Origin: Eledone cirrhosa
Lineage: Eukaryota
Assembly: GCA_964016885.1 (NCBI GenBank)
Contig: OZ024745.1
Location: 110,546,001 to 110,610,000 of the forward strand
Direction: 5' to 3'
DNA: 64,000 nt
Shown here: one piece after another, positions 1-12,205 of the stretch
How positions within the stretch are numbered: the stretch's first letter is position 1
Layout of the letters: every line of letters begins with the position of its first letter
The notes under the pieces: model-generated
Seen by the model: only the letters and a program-made list of their open reading frames with translations
What the model was told of the DNA's origin: nothing
Databases searched by the model: none
Position numbers and translations under genes: made by a program

Positions 1-367
1 CAGTACTCAAGCAGAAGCATTAACTTAATGGATGGGTTAAGAGTCTGCATTTCACTTACATACATTCCCTCACTCTGCAGAGTGCTCAAACAGACCAGTA
101 GCCTGCAACTCACAATCTCGTACACTACTGAGTGCATTTTACCATGACACCAGAACTAGAGAGGCTGTCATGTTTGACACAGCTGAAGAGTCCTCTTCCC
201 AACCCTTTGTTTTGTAGGTTTTCTCTGCTGCATGGCTTGGCTTTTCTATCACCAACCACTTTACTGAGCACATTTATCCTGTAAATCTAGGAAAATTAGC
301 TGAAGAGCTTTCTTGATCTTTTGTTTGGCAAATATTGTAGACCAAGTATTCTACAGCCATAAATCAC

Positions 368-369
<2 letters not shown>

Positions 370-438
<69 letters not shown>
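370..438. repeat. compound (CA)n(TA)n microsatellite
   Basis: Read directly from the sequence. Confidence 0.95.
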
Positions 439-439
<1 letters not shown>

Positions 440-1171
440 CTGTGCTAACTTTATCACCACAATTCAAGGTTTGATCATCAGATTTATATGGCATCAGAAT
501 GTGAAATGCTGTTGTAAAAGATTACTTTTTCATGATTCATAGCTTATTGGCTGTTCTCAGAAGATAAACAAATACCTTTATTTGTTCACTTTTGAAGAGA
601 GCTTAGGGCAAACACTATTTATATTAAACAACCCAGATTTTAACTAAAATGGCTACACAATGAACATATAGCATACATAAAAAAAAATCTATAACTCATT
701 TAATGTAGGTATAACTAGTTTTAAATTACAGACATCGATGTGAAAAGGAACAACTGTAAACACACTTTACTATTCTCTTCATATACAGAAAACCATAAAA
801 GATTGTAAATGGAAAACCTCAATAAAACTAACAACTAAGCCAGAAAAATTAAATTAACCCTTTTATTATCAAACCAGATGAAACTATCCCTGGTTCTAAG
901 ATACAAAACTATTTATGTTAAAGTGTGTATATGTAAAAGCTAGAGCTGCTCCAATAACCAAGTTGGGTGATTAGTTGATAAGTCAAAACTGAGTAATCAT
1001 CAACTGCCAATTATCTATAATGTTATGTATTATATGAAAATGTATATTATGATTAATAGTAAATGATATATTTTAGTATTTCATAATTAACCTCAAATTA
1101 TGGAGCTACTATTTGAGAGCATATGGTGACAAAATTAGGCTGAATTTACTTTAGGTGATAACATAAACCAT

Positions 1172-1440
1172 TCATCATCATCATCATCGTTTAACGTCCA
1201 TTTTCCACGCTAGCATGGGTTAGACGGGTTGTCCCATTAGAGGCAAGTTTGGTCAGGTGACCGTATCTTACTTTTGTAGGACTGTTTCTGGCGAGATTTC
1301 TATGGCTGGATGCCCTTCCTAATGCCAACCACATTTACAGTGTGGGCTGGGTGCTTGTTGTTGTGACTCTTACACGACCACTTTACTGTGTGGGCTGGAT
1401 GATTTTGTTGTGATTCCTACAGAACCACTTTAGTGTGTGC
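1172..1440 (-). mobile_element. RTE LINE 3' UTR fragment with (GAT)n tail
   Basis: catcatcatcatcatcgtttaacgtccattttccacgctagcatgggttagacggg is the reverse complement of the RTE 3' end at ~37725-37785; also carries ~47-nt tandem UTR repeats. Confidence 0.85.
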
Positions 1441-2039
1441 ATGAATTGGCTATATGGAGCAATTTTAATATTTTTACATAATAATTTATGAATTCTTAAA
1501 TTTGAAAATTAGATTTTGTTTATTTGAGTCAGTTGGTAACAAGAATCCTTATTAAAGGAAATTTTTGTTATACCTTTGTATACACATATAATCAGAATCT
1601 TTATAGTATTTTAAATTTTTTTATTTTTTTGTAAAAGACCAATTAAATACATATCCTCTGAGGTGGGTAGGAGCATCTCACATCCACTTTGATACCCTTT
1701 AACATACTGAAAAAAAGTGGACAGAACTGTTGTCAGCTGCCATTTAGCTTAAAGGTAATGCACTTGGTTGAATTCATGACATACAGAGTTCAATTCTCTG
1801 CTGGTCACTAATTTTTCTGTCCCTAAAGATATTTTGCCCAATTTTTTTTATGTTATTATCATTGAATTTTAACATTTCAAATTTCAATCATACAAATGCC
1901 TTGACCAATCATAAGATTTATATATTTATGTATTTCTAAATGTTGAATTCAATATGTTTTCCGGATTTCTCTGTCACTCATGACTTTCTTGCTCCAAAAT
2001 AATAATGACCAATTATCAAAACTGATTAATTAGACCCCC

Positions 2040-2420
2040 CCCCTCTTATCTCAATTATTTCTGAGAGGGTTGTGGTGAAAGAGTCCTCAAACACTTCTTC
2101 CACCAGGTCCTATCAGAAGCAACTATCTCCAACTGATCCAGCTGGATCCCTAAACGTGACCAACCAAGCTCATGGATGTTATCCAACCATCTTGCTTGGG
2201 GTCTACCCTTGGGTCTCCTGCTGGATGGTTTTGCCATCCAGCGATTCTTTCCTGAGGCATTCTAACCACATGCCCATAGTATCGGAGCTGTGATCTCTCG
2301 ATATGGAGAAGTAGCAACTCAACCTAGAATGACTCTCTCATCTCCAATCTACACACTTTATTGAGTAACGTTACTCTAAAGACCCTTCGAAGGAATCCCA
2401 TTTTGGCAGCTTGAGTTTAC
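2040..2420 (-). mobile_element. 3' fragment of a second RTE-like LINE family (Rex3/Expander-like C-terminus)
   Basis: ORF 2055-2237 reads RRPKGRPQARWLDNI...LGI...VASDRTWW, a typical RTE ORF C-terminus. Homologous pieces at 8860-9106, 46760-46960 and 50020-50320. Confidence 0.75.
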
Positions 2421-4398
2421 GATCAATTTTTTGTTTTTTTTTTGTTTGGTTTATGTTCTCAAACATTAACTTAATGATGATAAAGTTAATTATATCATAA
2501 AATCCCTCCAAATTCATTATTATTTTCAAAATTATCTAAAAACCATAGGCAGTGTCTTTCATTGGAAAAATAGTAACAAAAAGGTTAAAAGTTTTTAGTG
2601 AATGAAGTCTCTCTCTCCTCACTTCTCTTTACAGGATAGAAAATTGTAATAGACTTATAAACAACTGATTGTGCATATCTTAGAAGACCTTTGTTTTTTT
2701 TTCAAGTTGGTTCTACCAGCTCACAAGAAATCCATTGAACTGAAGCACTTCAGTTCTAAAAAATAACCTTGTCACTGTTGACTGAATGCCTTGCCACTAA
2801 GGTAAATCCCAAGTGTCAGATAAGTGCAGTTGGCTTGGCATAAAATATTTAGGGTAATTTAGGATAATTGTGACTAAATATAAAACCAATGAAATTTCTA
2901 TCTAGAAAAAAAAAACAATAAATAAATAAATGAATAAATAAATAAAGTGATTTTCATTTCAGTGATTTTTCTTTTCAATATGAAGCAAAACTAATTCCTG
3001 TTTTTTAATACCACAGGCATTAAAACCAATTATAATAATTGCTATAACTAAGTTTCAGCTACGGTGACATTCTGCAGCATTCACAGAGCTTGACTGACCT
3101 GAAATACAAAAGCCACTCAAGTGCATTTTGAATGTTCAATGAATTTAACTAATATGGGCATAAAAATAAACATGTAAAACTATAAAATGAGTTTCAAGAG
3201 AGAAAACAAAAATCAATCAATATATAATCATATTGATAGAACTCATTTCTATAATTAAGTATTACAGAATCTGATTCTAACCTCAAATAGGATGGAAGTC
3301 TTTGATTCCATAACAAAACTATAACTAAATATTTCCAAACATATTGTTCTCGTTAAATAGTGGTGAAATTACCTTCATGATTAAATAATATTTAATTTGA
3401 TTCTGTAAGTAGCTAATAAAATGAATTAATAACAACTCTTTACGGTTTTATAACTAAATTGTACTAAACATTTCTATAATTAGATTATACTTTGTAAATA
3501 CAGCTTTAATTCTATTTTGTTATCAAACACTATTGTTATTGTTGCTGTAAGTAATCATTGCTTCAGTTATCATTCTCTTTAAAAAGAGCAATAATAAATT
3601 ATAACATTAGTGTTAAATTCATTTAAATAATTAGATGAAACAAATATATATTTTTTTTTAATATATTTAATTAATTATTTGAACCATGTGATAAGGATAT
3701 ACGAGATAATTTAAGAAAATCTTTCAGATATTGAATATATCGCATGCAATTTATAAACAGAATAGAAATAATTATTTCTACGTTAGGCACAAGATAGAAA
3801 TAATCAGTGTTAATTATAGCTATTCATAATTAGCTGCTAACTGCCCTTGGAAGGTGGCTCATTTTTCTGAGTTTGTAACAAATTTACTAATTCTGTTTTT
3901 CACCTGCTAAAATGAATCAATTATTTTGCACTTGAATGTCAAATCTGTTGTGTCTAGCTGAACTAACTGTAGTTAAGTGATAAATTCGCAGTATAGGAAC
4001 ATAACTCAAGCAGTGGATGTTGTACATACAGATATACTAGCAATTATGTCTAGCTAGATTTGTTCAGAATCAAATGTCACGATTATATACACTGTATAGT
4101 CCATGATTACAGATCATAATAGGCATAGACATTTTATTTGAAAAATCTAAACTCTAAACAGCCATCTTTTATTTTTTTAAATGATACTCGAAAGATGGAC
4201 ATTAAACGATGATGATGATGATGATGATACATTAAGGAATTAACAACAACCAGATGTGGAAAAAATAAATTACTTGTGAAATTAGAGTAAATTCCTTTCA
4301 ATATTTTTTTTTTATTTATTTTAAACCCTATTAAAGTTGATTTATTTTTCATCAATATTGATACAATAAAATAACAGTAATGCAATAGTATTATTACA

Positions 4399-4590
4399 GG
4401 CGGTGGATTGGCAGTATCAGTAGAGAGTCGGACGCCATGCTTTCCAGCATAGTTACGTCCCTTTACGGTCTGTGTTCAAATCCCGCCGATGTTAACTTTG
4501 CCTTTCATCCTTACGGGGTCGATAAAATAAAGTACCAGTAATGTACTGGGTAATTGCTGGCCTTGTGCCAAAAGTAGAAACAATTATTAC
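4399..4590 (+). mobile_element. tRNA-derived SINE, family B (short variant)
   Basis: A-box-like tggcagtatcagtag, B-box gttcaaatc, core ttgcctttcatccttacggggtcgataaaataaagtaccag and (ATT) tail; more than 10 copies in this window. Confidence 0.85.
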
Positions 4591-4904
4591 ACTTGTATCA
4601 TATAAATTGGTCTTCTGCCAAACTAGGTAACCTATACATATGCTGTTGTTCATCCTTCATATTGTGTATGATTTTATATCCACCTTTATACTATGCTCTA
4701 ATAAACTTTAATGCAATGTAGTAGAGGCAGAATGTATCTGATTCTTATCATCTGATTTGTTTTCTAAAATTCTTCACAACACATGAGATACAATGTTTCA
4801 TTTAAAATAATCTTTCCTTGTGGAATTCCTTCATTTTGCAAATGTTCAGCCATCTACTACTTAGTATCTAGTTTTCTCAACAATATATGAACTGCATTGT
4901 TTTT

Positions 4905-5104
4905 NNNNNNNNNNNNNNNNNNNNNNNNNNNNNNNNNNNNNNNNNNNNNNNNNNNNNNNNNNNNNNNNNNNNNNNNNNNNNNNNNNNNNNNNNNNNNNNN
5001 NNNNNNNNNNNNNNNNNNNNNNNNNNNNNNNNNNNNNNNNNNNNNNNNNNNNNNNNNNNNNNNNNNNNNNNNNNNNNNNNNNNNNNNNNNNNNNNNNNNN
5101 NNNN
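4905..5104. other. assembly gap (200 N)
   Basis: Run of N; it abuts the left end of the Tigger-like element. Confidence 1.
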
Positions 5105-7520
5105 CAGTGCATGGCTCCGGTTAAGAGTATATCGGATAAGAGTATAGTTTGCATAAGAGTATAGCATAATCAATTCCCGTTTATATATTTTCTATATAAT
5201 TTAGTCCGAATAAGAGTATGTACAGCCACCGGAAATAACATCTGTGAAATAAATAACTATCTTTCTGCTTAGCTACCATGAAACAAACAACCCTTAAGCC
5301 ACCAAAATAAAATGCCTACGCAGCGGCTAAACATCAAAGATTATTTTTGTATAAATAGAGTGGTTCCAAACACAGTCGACCTTTGGCAGGGTCAGCTCGC
5401 GTATCGTTGTTCCTCTCCTCTGACACACTTGTCACTCACACACGCTTTGTACCTCTGTATCATCGCTTTATGTATGAAAATAGTTGACCGAAAACTACAT
5501 CTCTCGCCCTGCTCGTCCGTTCAACTTCTTCCTTCATCTGTTCATCCTTACCGTATGTGACACAGTCCTTTTAGGGGCTATCCTCAGATCCGATCAGACC
5601 GTATGCGATAACAGTCCTTTTAAGGGATCCGATCAGAAGTAGTGACCAGACCCACTAACCACGTCACTGAATACGGTAAAATAACATAAAAATGTCTTTG
5701 AAATGCTCTGCTTTATCTATTACTCAAAAAATTGCTATTTTGGATGAATTGAAATCTGCCAAGTCACAAAAGGAATTGTCAAATAAATTCAATTGCAGTC
5801 AAGCAGCTATCTCCAGAATTAAAAAAAAAAACGTGAAAAAATATCGAAAACTGGCTCTATCAAATGTGAATTTGGATGCAAAACGTAGAAGATCAGTTGA
5901 TCATCAAGGATTGGAAGATGCACTCATAAAATGGTTTCACCAAATGAGAAGTCAAAATGTTCCGATCAACGGCACTATGATGCTTGAAAAGACAAAAATA
6001 TTTGCGCAAACTTTGGGAATTCCCGATTTTGAACCATCTCATGGTTGGTTAGAGAGACTTAAAAAGCGTGAAAATATAAAATTCATGAAAGTACATGGTG
6101 AAAGAGCTGTCGCTGATCACTTAAGTGCCAAACATTGGATAGAAACAATTTATACCAAGGAAATTGACGGCTATTCACCAAAGGATGTGTATAATTTCGA
6201 TGAATCTGGTCTTTTTTTAAAGCACTTCCATCTGGTACACTAGCTGTCACCGGAACGAATCCAACGGGTAGAAAAACCGCAAAAGACACTCACCATTCTC
6301 TTAGCAGTCAATTCCGATTGAACTGAAAAACACGCGTTTGTCATCGGAAAATTTCAACGACCTCGTTGTATGCTGAATAAAAAAGCAATTCAAAAGTAAT
6401 TCAAAAGCTTGGATGACGAAAAACATTTGGCTGGAAATTATTGCACAATTTGACAAAAAAATGCGTGCCCAAAAACGAAAAGTCATTATTTTTGCAGACA
6501 ATGCAAGCTGTCATAAAATTGAAAATCATTTTGAAAACGTAAAAATCGTATTTTTACCTCCAAATACGACCTCATTAATTTAGCCCCTTGATAAGGGGAT
6601 AATACGTGCTGTGGAAGTGCATTATCGTACACAAATTGTGCAAAAGTTATTGGTGGCAATAGAAAATGGGAAGAGCGTAACTGAATTTGAAAAATCTGTT
6701 CATGTTCTTTTGTCTATGCAAATGTTGAAGCGCTCTCTTTTTCTTCTCAAACCCACGACGATTGTCAATTGCTTAAAAAAAGTGGGTTTTCACAATGAAA
6801 TTGAAGTCGAGTTGAACGATATACTATTAATTGAAAGTGATGATACCAATATTCCTCAATTGGAACCCGAATTCATCGATTGTGATGTCAGCGAGCCGTG
6901 CTATGGTGATTTAACTGATGCTGAAATATGTTTGGAAGTTCAAAACGAGCACATGATAATAGAAGAGGAAGAAGAAGTAGATTATATTGAAACCGAATTA
7001 ACTAGAAAGGTCAGTATGTATTATTTTTATATTTATAATATGAATGTCCATAGGTAGCTAAAATAACTTTAATCATTTATCAATATTTTAGATCTCTGGA
7101 AAAGAAGGAATAAATGCTTTGTTGACTGTACGGTCCTATATGATGCAATCGTTTGAAAATTTTGAAAATTATACTCTGTCTGAGATTGAGGTTTTGATTG
7201 AAAAAAACATTGCGAGCAATCGAGTGCAAAAAAGCATATTGGACTATTTTTAAGAAATAAAAATTGTATACCAATATGTTGAAATATTGCTTAATTTATC
7301 TATAATTTGCAATAATTCTTGTTGAAATTTTTGGTGTAACTTTCATTTTTTTTTTACTCATAAATGCATTTTAAACGATAATAAAGCGATTTTTAATCAT
7401 TGAAAGACTCAAAATGATAATACTATGGAATATTTTTACTTATTCCGGTTAAGAGTATAGTCCGGTTAAGAGTATACTATTTTCCATTCCCGAGGGTATA
7501 CTTTTAAGCGGACTCGACTG
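5105..7520 (+). mobile_element. Tigger/pogo-family DNA transposon, near full length
   Basis: Left end cagt...tccggttaagagtata matches the reverse complement of the right end, cagtcgagtccgcttaaaagtata. TA follows at 7521-7522. Subterminal taagagtat repeats occur at both ends and a transposase lies between them. Confidence 0.9.
5692..7253 (+). pseudogene. pogo/Tigger transposase (HTH-psq, CENP-B HTH, DDE_1), disrupted
   Basis: Motifs LEDALIKWF, FEPSHGWLERLKKR and VYNFDESGLF; after frameshifts NSKAWMT, IFADNASCH and FLPPNTTSLI*PLDKGII (stop at the conserved Q); acidic region; candidate intron 7010-7091; last exon ends QKSILDYF*. Confidence 0.9.
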
Positions 7521-8068
7521 TATATATATTTATTTTTAAATTGAAAATATGTTTGAGAATAAGTATTACAATTAAAATGTCTGATCTTTAAATGACGTTT
7601 ACAATTATTAAATGCTTCCAGAGGGAAATATTTTCTTTGGTAATGGTATTAGACAAATTGAGATTTAAAGAAAATAGTATCAACAACAAAAATATTAAGC
7701 AGAGGTTATTTGGTATTGTCTCCAATATATCAATAATTGGCTAAATTTGATATAACTTTCGTATTTAGATTGATTGTTGTTGCTGTTTTTTAGCCCGGGA
7801 CAGTTTTGGTTGAGTATACCTATGATTAAATGTGATCCATCCATGGGTATGCTGACGTTTTCTTTTATATATGTAAGGGATTACACAGTCAATTAATTGC
7901 ATAGATGTTCCTTTGATATATATAAGGTGTTCATACTGGTGACATTAAAAGAGAGCACAGTCAACCCTGTAAAGTGGTTGTGCTGGTGACACTACAAAAA
8001 GCACCCAGTCCATCCTGTAAGTTAATTCATGTGGTGGCTTTGGCTTGTCTGTTGTCCAATTCTTTGTG

Positions 8069-8330
8069 TTAGAGGACTTCAGTCTTCTTTAAGATGACTT
8101 CTAGGCCATAGAGGACAGAAGCATTTGCAAAGTATGAAATAAGGCACTGCATAGCTTTTTCAGTGTGTGCAACAAGCTCTCGGATCAGTTTTTCTGTGGT
8201 CTGGGTGTGTGCCTGCAACTGCCGCATGTTGAAGAATCTGATGTATACACCCTCATACTCTTGCAGGTCTTTTGTGGCTTGTTTCAGTATCATCATATTT
8301 GAAAAGTTTGATATGACCTTCATATCTGCA
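8069..8330 (-). mobile_element. BovB-like RTE reverse transcriptase relic
   Basis: GVYIR..FNMRQLQAHT....IREL-VAHTE..MQ.....FA.AS..YGL.V.LKKTEVL matches BovB-type RT with the FADD segment deleted. Confidence 0.75.
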
Positions 8331-8859
8331 CAGTGCGGTTTTAAGATGGGATGCTCAGAGCCAGAAACTCGCCTTTCACATCTTTGCCATCTGTTTTAAA
8401 AAGAGGTTAGTACAGGAAGCCAAGCAGTAGAAGTTTGGTTAGGAGAGGCTGTTGGCGACGCTATCGACATGGGGCATTTAGTAGGAGAAAGGTGGCTCAA
8501 CTCCTCACCCCAGCCTGGTCATCCTAATTCTTTTAACCCTTTCTGTATAATAAACATGCATTTAATCACACTGAATATTTTAAGCTGCACTATATGTAAG
8601 TAAACTTTCAACATGAATAGTTTGCTTACAAAATCTATAAAACTTTGTTTTTCATATTGTGGTATTTTGGTGTAAGCAAGCAACTGCTGATGATGAATAA
8701 TAATTCTGAAATATATGTATTTCTTTTTTACACAATTACTAAGATAGCCGAGACATGACCAGAGCTTAAAATACTCACAGCATAACTAAATTTATGTTTA
8801 TTACACATTAACACATTGTATATGGGTTAATATGCCTTTATTCTGAGAGAAGAGTCCTG

Positions 8860-9106
8860 AAGCACTCCTTCCAGCAGGTTCTGTCAGAAGCAACCATCTT
8901 CAATTGATCCAGCTCGATATCCAAGCACTAACAGTCAAGCTCATAGATGTTATCCAACCATCTTGCTCGGGGTCTACCCCTGGGTCTCCTGCCGATTGGT
9001 TTTGCACATTAAATCTGTCCTCCAGTGTTTCTTTCCTGAGACATTCTAACCAGATGTGCATAGTATCGGAGCTGTGATTGCTCAATCTGGATAAGTAGCT
9101 ATCCAA
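8860..9106 (-). mobile_element. RTE-like (Rex3-like) LINE 3' fragment
   Basis: Clear nucleotide similarity to 2090-2320 (tcagaagcaac...atgttatccaaccatcttgct...atagtatcggagctgtgat). Confidence 0.8.
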
Positions 9107-9319
9107 CAAAATAAATCATGACATCTATTTCTTTATACATTTAAATAATATTTTGTTATAATGATACACAGGAGAGATCTTCCATTATCTTTTCCATTTA
9201 ATTACAATGTCTAACATTAATTGAGGAAGAAAAATGTAAGAATACGAATATTTATATTTTTCTCAAACGCATTAATAATGTAGATGAAGTGAAAATAACT
9301 ACTGTCAAGAATTAAAAGG

Positions 9320-9533
9320 TGTTGTTGTTGTTTAGCCTCAGATCAATCATAATCAAACATGCCTATGATAAAAGATATTCTAGTCATGACCATCCAATCT
9401 TAAATTTTGTATATAGTGTCTAAGACTACATTCTCCCGTGTGTTCATTTAAGACAGTGGAGGTGTGATCTGAAGATTAAATTTGGCTACCATTTCCAGCA
9501 GGTTAAACTACTACTTAGATATTTTATTGTTGG
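9320..9533 (-). mobile_element. interspersed repeat family C with (CAA)n tail (SINE or LINE 3' end)
   Basis: Reverse complement shares cctgct(a/g)gaaat...gatggtcatgactag...ctaaacaacaacaac with 11985-12205, 24330-24530, 48645-48825, 61495-61660 and 63755-63940. Confidence 0.7.
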
Positions 9534-10503
9534 CTCTCTCTCAAAATTAATCTGTCGGAAATAACCTGGGATAAAACCAATTTTCTTTTTCAGTCAGTCA
9601 CAATATAGTTTTCATTATATATTTGTTTGGCAATAACATTAATATTGTCTAAAAAGTAGAGATGGTCACTGTTGTCTTTAAATCAAGGATTTCTAATACA
9701 AGATATCAACAGACCTGACCTAAGAATCAAAATGTGCTTTAGTCAAATTAATTTACTCAAGTAATTTCTTTATAAATTACTTCCTTAAATTTACATTGAT
9801 GATTTGTTAACCTGCTTCCATCAAAGACAGACAGTTATCAATGATGATATGATAGCCAGTATAAATTTAAATCATGTAAGAAGTAAATTGTGTAATTTTT
9901 GCTATGTCACCCAAGTATATGTCACAGTTAGCTTCAAAATGGCTGCAGATGTTTAGTCAAGGAGAAACAGAAAAAGCAATTTATAAAGAAACGGGGAAAA
10001 GCGAGAGAGAAAGAGAGAACAAATGTGAGAGTGAATGAGTGAAGAAGTTAGTGGGTGTGTAGGAGAAGGAAGGTAAATTGATTTCAGAATTAAACTGATT
10101 TCATAAAACCAACATCAATTACTCATATTACAATAGATTGATGTCTCCAGATATTGTTACCAACTGATTAAAGACCAAAAATGAAAATAATACTAAAATA
10201 AAAAGAACTTATTTTGATATTGGCTCCACGGAAATAATTCCAGACAAATTAAGGATAATGGGGCAATATAACAGTCTTATTAAATGACAAATCATTATTT
10301 CCACAAATTGCAAAAATAAAAAAAAATGTCTCAAATTTGATGAATCAATTATATACTGATAAACAAGTCAACAGGTGTCTTTTTCTAACATCCCATCATA
10401 TATAAGGATAACATAGAAAGCCAGAACATGTATTTTCCTGCATATAAAAACGTGCTTAGTTTGTGGCATAGTAAAGAAATGTTCAAGTTTAGAAAATCCC
10501 AAT

Positions 10504-10760
10504 GTTAACCCTTTGTATACCAAACTGCCTGAACGCAGCTCTAGTTCTATGATACAAAACTGCTTGTTTTAAAGTGTTTGTATTTATCTAAAAAGCTTCC
10601 ATCATAATTTTGTGTAAGAGCCTTTGTTAAGTTATGTTCCAAATGACAATTTAATAAAGAGACAAATATATTAATCTCTCTAAATTCCTGATTATTTTCA
10701 AAACTATTTGATAATCATAGGCAGTTTTTTTCATTAGAAATATGGTAATGAATGGGATGA
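10504..10760 (+). mobile_element. piggyBac-like MITE, family 1
   Basis: Starts ttaaccctttgtataccaaac and ends with degenerate atatggtaatgaatggg. Related copies at 853-925, 2440-2589, 48876-49515, 53258-53400 and 55488-55720. Confidence 0.6.
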
Positions 10761-10919
10761 AGTAAAAATCTAAATATGCTAGATCTTCAAAGAATGTTGT
10801 CTTTTTTTTTTACTTATTTATATCTTTTTTAGCTTAAAATGTAGTCATATTTATGTGTTTTCTTACCATATTTGAAAACAATTCAAAGATGCTCTGGATT
10901 TTTGATTTCTAATTATAAG

Positions 10920-11145
10920 AGCAGTGGATTGGCAGTATTGGTAGAGCATTGGACAACATGCTTTGCAGCATATAGTTGCGTCCCTTTACATACTGTGTTC
11001 AAGTCCCGCTGGGGTTAGATTTGTCTTTCATCCTTATGGGGCCGAAAAAATAAAATACCAGTAATGCACTGGAGTTGATTTAATCAACTTTTCCCTTCCC
11101 CAAAAAAATTGTTGGCCTTGTGCCTAAATCAGAAAACATTATTAT
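10920..11145 (+). mobile_element. SINE family B (long variant)
   Basis: Same head and core as 4399, plus internal gttgatttaatcaacttttccc segment; (ATT)n tail; a degenerate second copy follows at ~11160-11330. Confidence 0.8.
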
Positions 11146-11333
11146 TATTATTATTATTATTATAGTATCAGACAAAATGCCTTGTGATATTTGTTCCAGT
11201 TATTTATATTCTGAATTTAAAACCCACCAAAATTGAATTTGCCTTTCTTCCTTCTGGGGTTGATATAATGAACTTTCCTCCTCACTCTAAATTGCTGGCA
11301 TTGTACTTAAATTATAAACCATTGTTATTATAA

Positions 11334-11365
<32 letters not shown>

Positions 11366-11594
11366 AAACAAGTGTAGGCAGCCTATTATGCTGTCTTATG
11401 TACTAAATTCACTTATCTAAAGCTTTCATTAAATTATAGGCAGTGTTTTTCATTAAAAATATTGTAATGAAATGGTTAGTGTTTATATTTATCTAAAAAC
11501 TTCCTATCATAATTTTATGTAAGAACCTTGATTAAGTAGTTTAAAATCACAATAATCTTATTGAGTGCATGTGTGTATTGATGTTCTCTCTCTC

Positions 11595-11900
11595 TCTTTC
11601 TCCCCATCTCTCACTATTTTATGCAAATGGGAGCCCATGCACTGGCCGTCCCTCTGGTAGCCAACTCCGATGGTGGTGGGTAGGGAGGTAGTCCTAAGGC
11701 CAAGGACACCAGAAGTCTCCATTACTAAGTGCTCAAGTGCAAACCTGTCAGAAAGCAACCGATATTTGGAGAGTTTACCCTCCTTGGCCCAAAGTGCAGC
11801 AGCGCCTAGATTAGTTACAGACTCTGGGAATGGAAAGATGGTTATGCCTTCCGCTCGGTGCACCCTGCCAGCTCGAGCTGGGAGGGGAAGCCTGCAGCAT
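11595..11900 (-). mobile_element. relic of the restriction-like endonuclease C-terminus of a CRE/R2-group non-LTR retrotransposon
   Basis: RAEGITIFPF...GAAA..A.E.KLSKY..LSDRF......METSGVLG...IVR resembles the RPDG...AAA..AE..K..KY...ET.G..G...VRGN pattern, with an internal deletion. Confidence 0.65.
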
Positions 11901-11984
11901 CCAAACCATGCTTTAAAATTTGTAACCAAGACTTATCAATCAACTTGAATGTCAAACATAATAAATGAGCCAATGGGGTAGGGT

Positions 11985-12205
11985 GGCTCTATATGGTAGC
12001 TCACCCTGCTAGAAATAGAAGCCACACCTTATATCACAAGCTACAATTTAAAAAAAAAAAGTGTTTGGAGATATATTGAATAAGGTAATATGCATTACAC
12101 TATTCCTAAAAAATAAAAAGATGGGATGGTCATGACTAGACGGCCTTTGATCATAGATAGGTTTTTCTCAGTTAGAACTGACCTGAAAATAAATTACAAT
12201 AACAA
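11985..12205 (+). mobile_element. repeat family C
   Basis: caccctgctagaaatag...gatgggatggtcatgactag...ctgacctg...acaataacaac. Confidence 0.7.

Noticed and set aside
2605-2700. Polypyrimidine tract plus AG as a possible host splice acceptor
   Set aside because: No convincing downstream reading frame or donor; host exons cannot be supported, although short or non-coding exons could be missed.
4861-5173. ORFs spanning X runs
   Set aside because: Produced by the 200-N gap.
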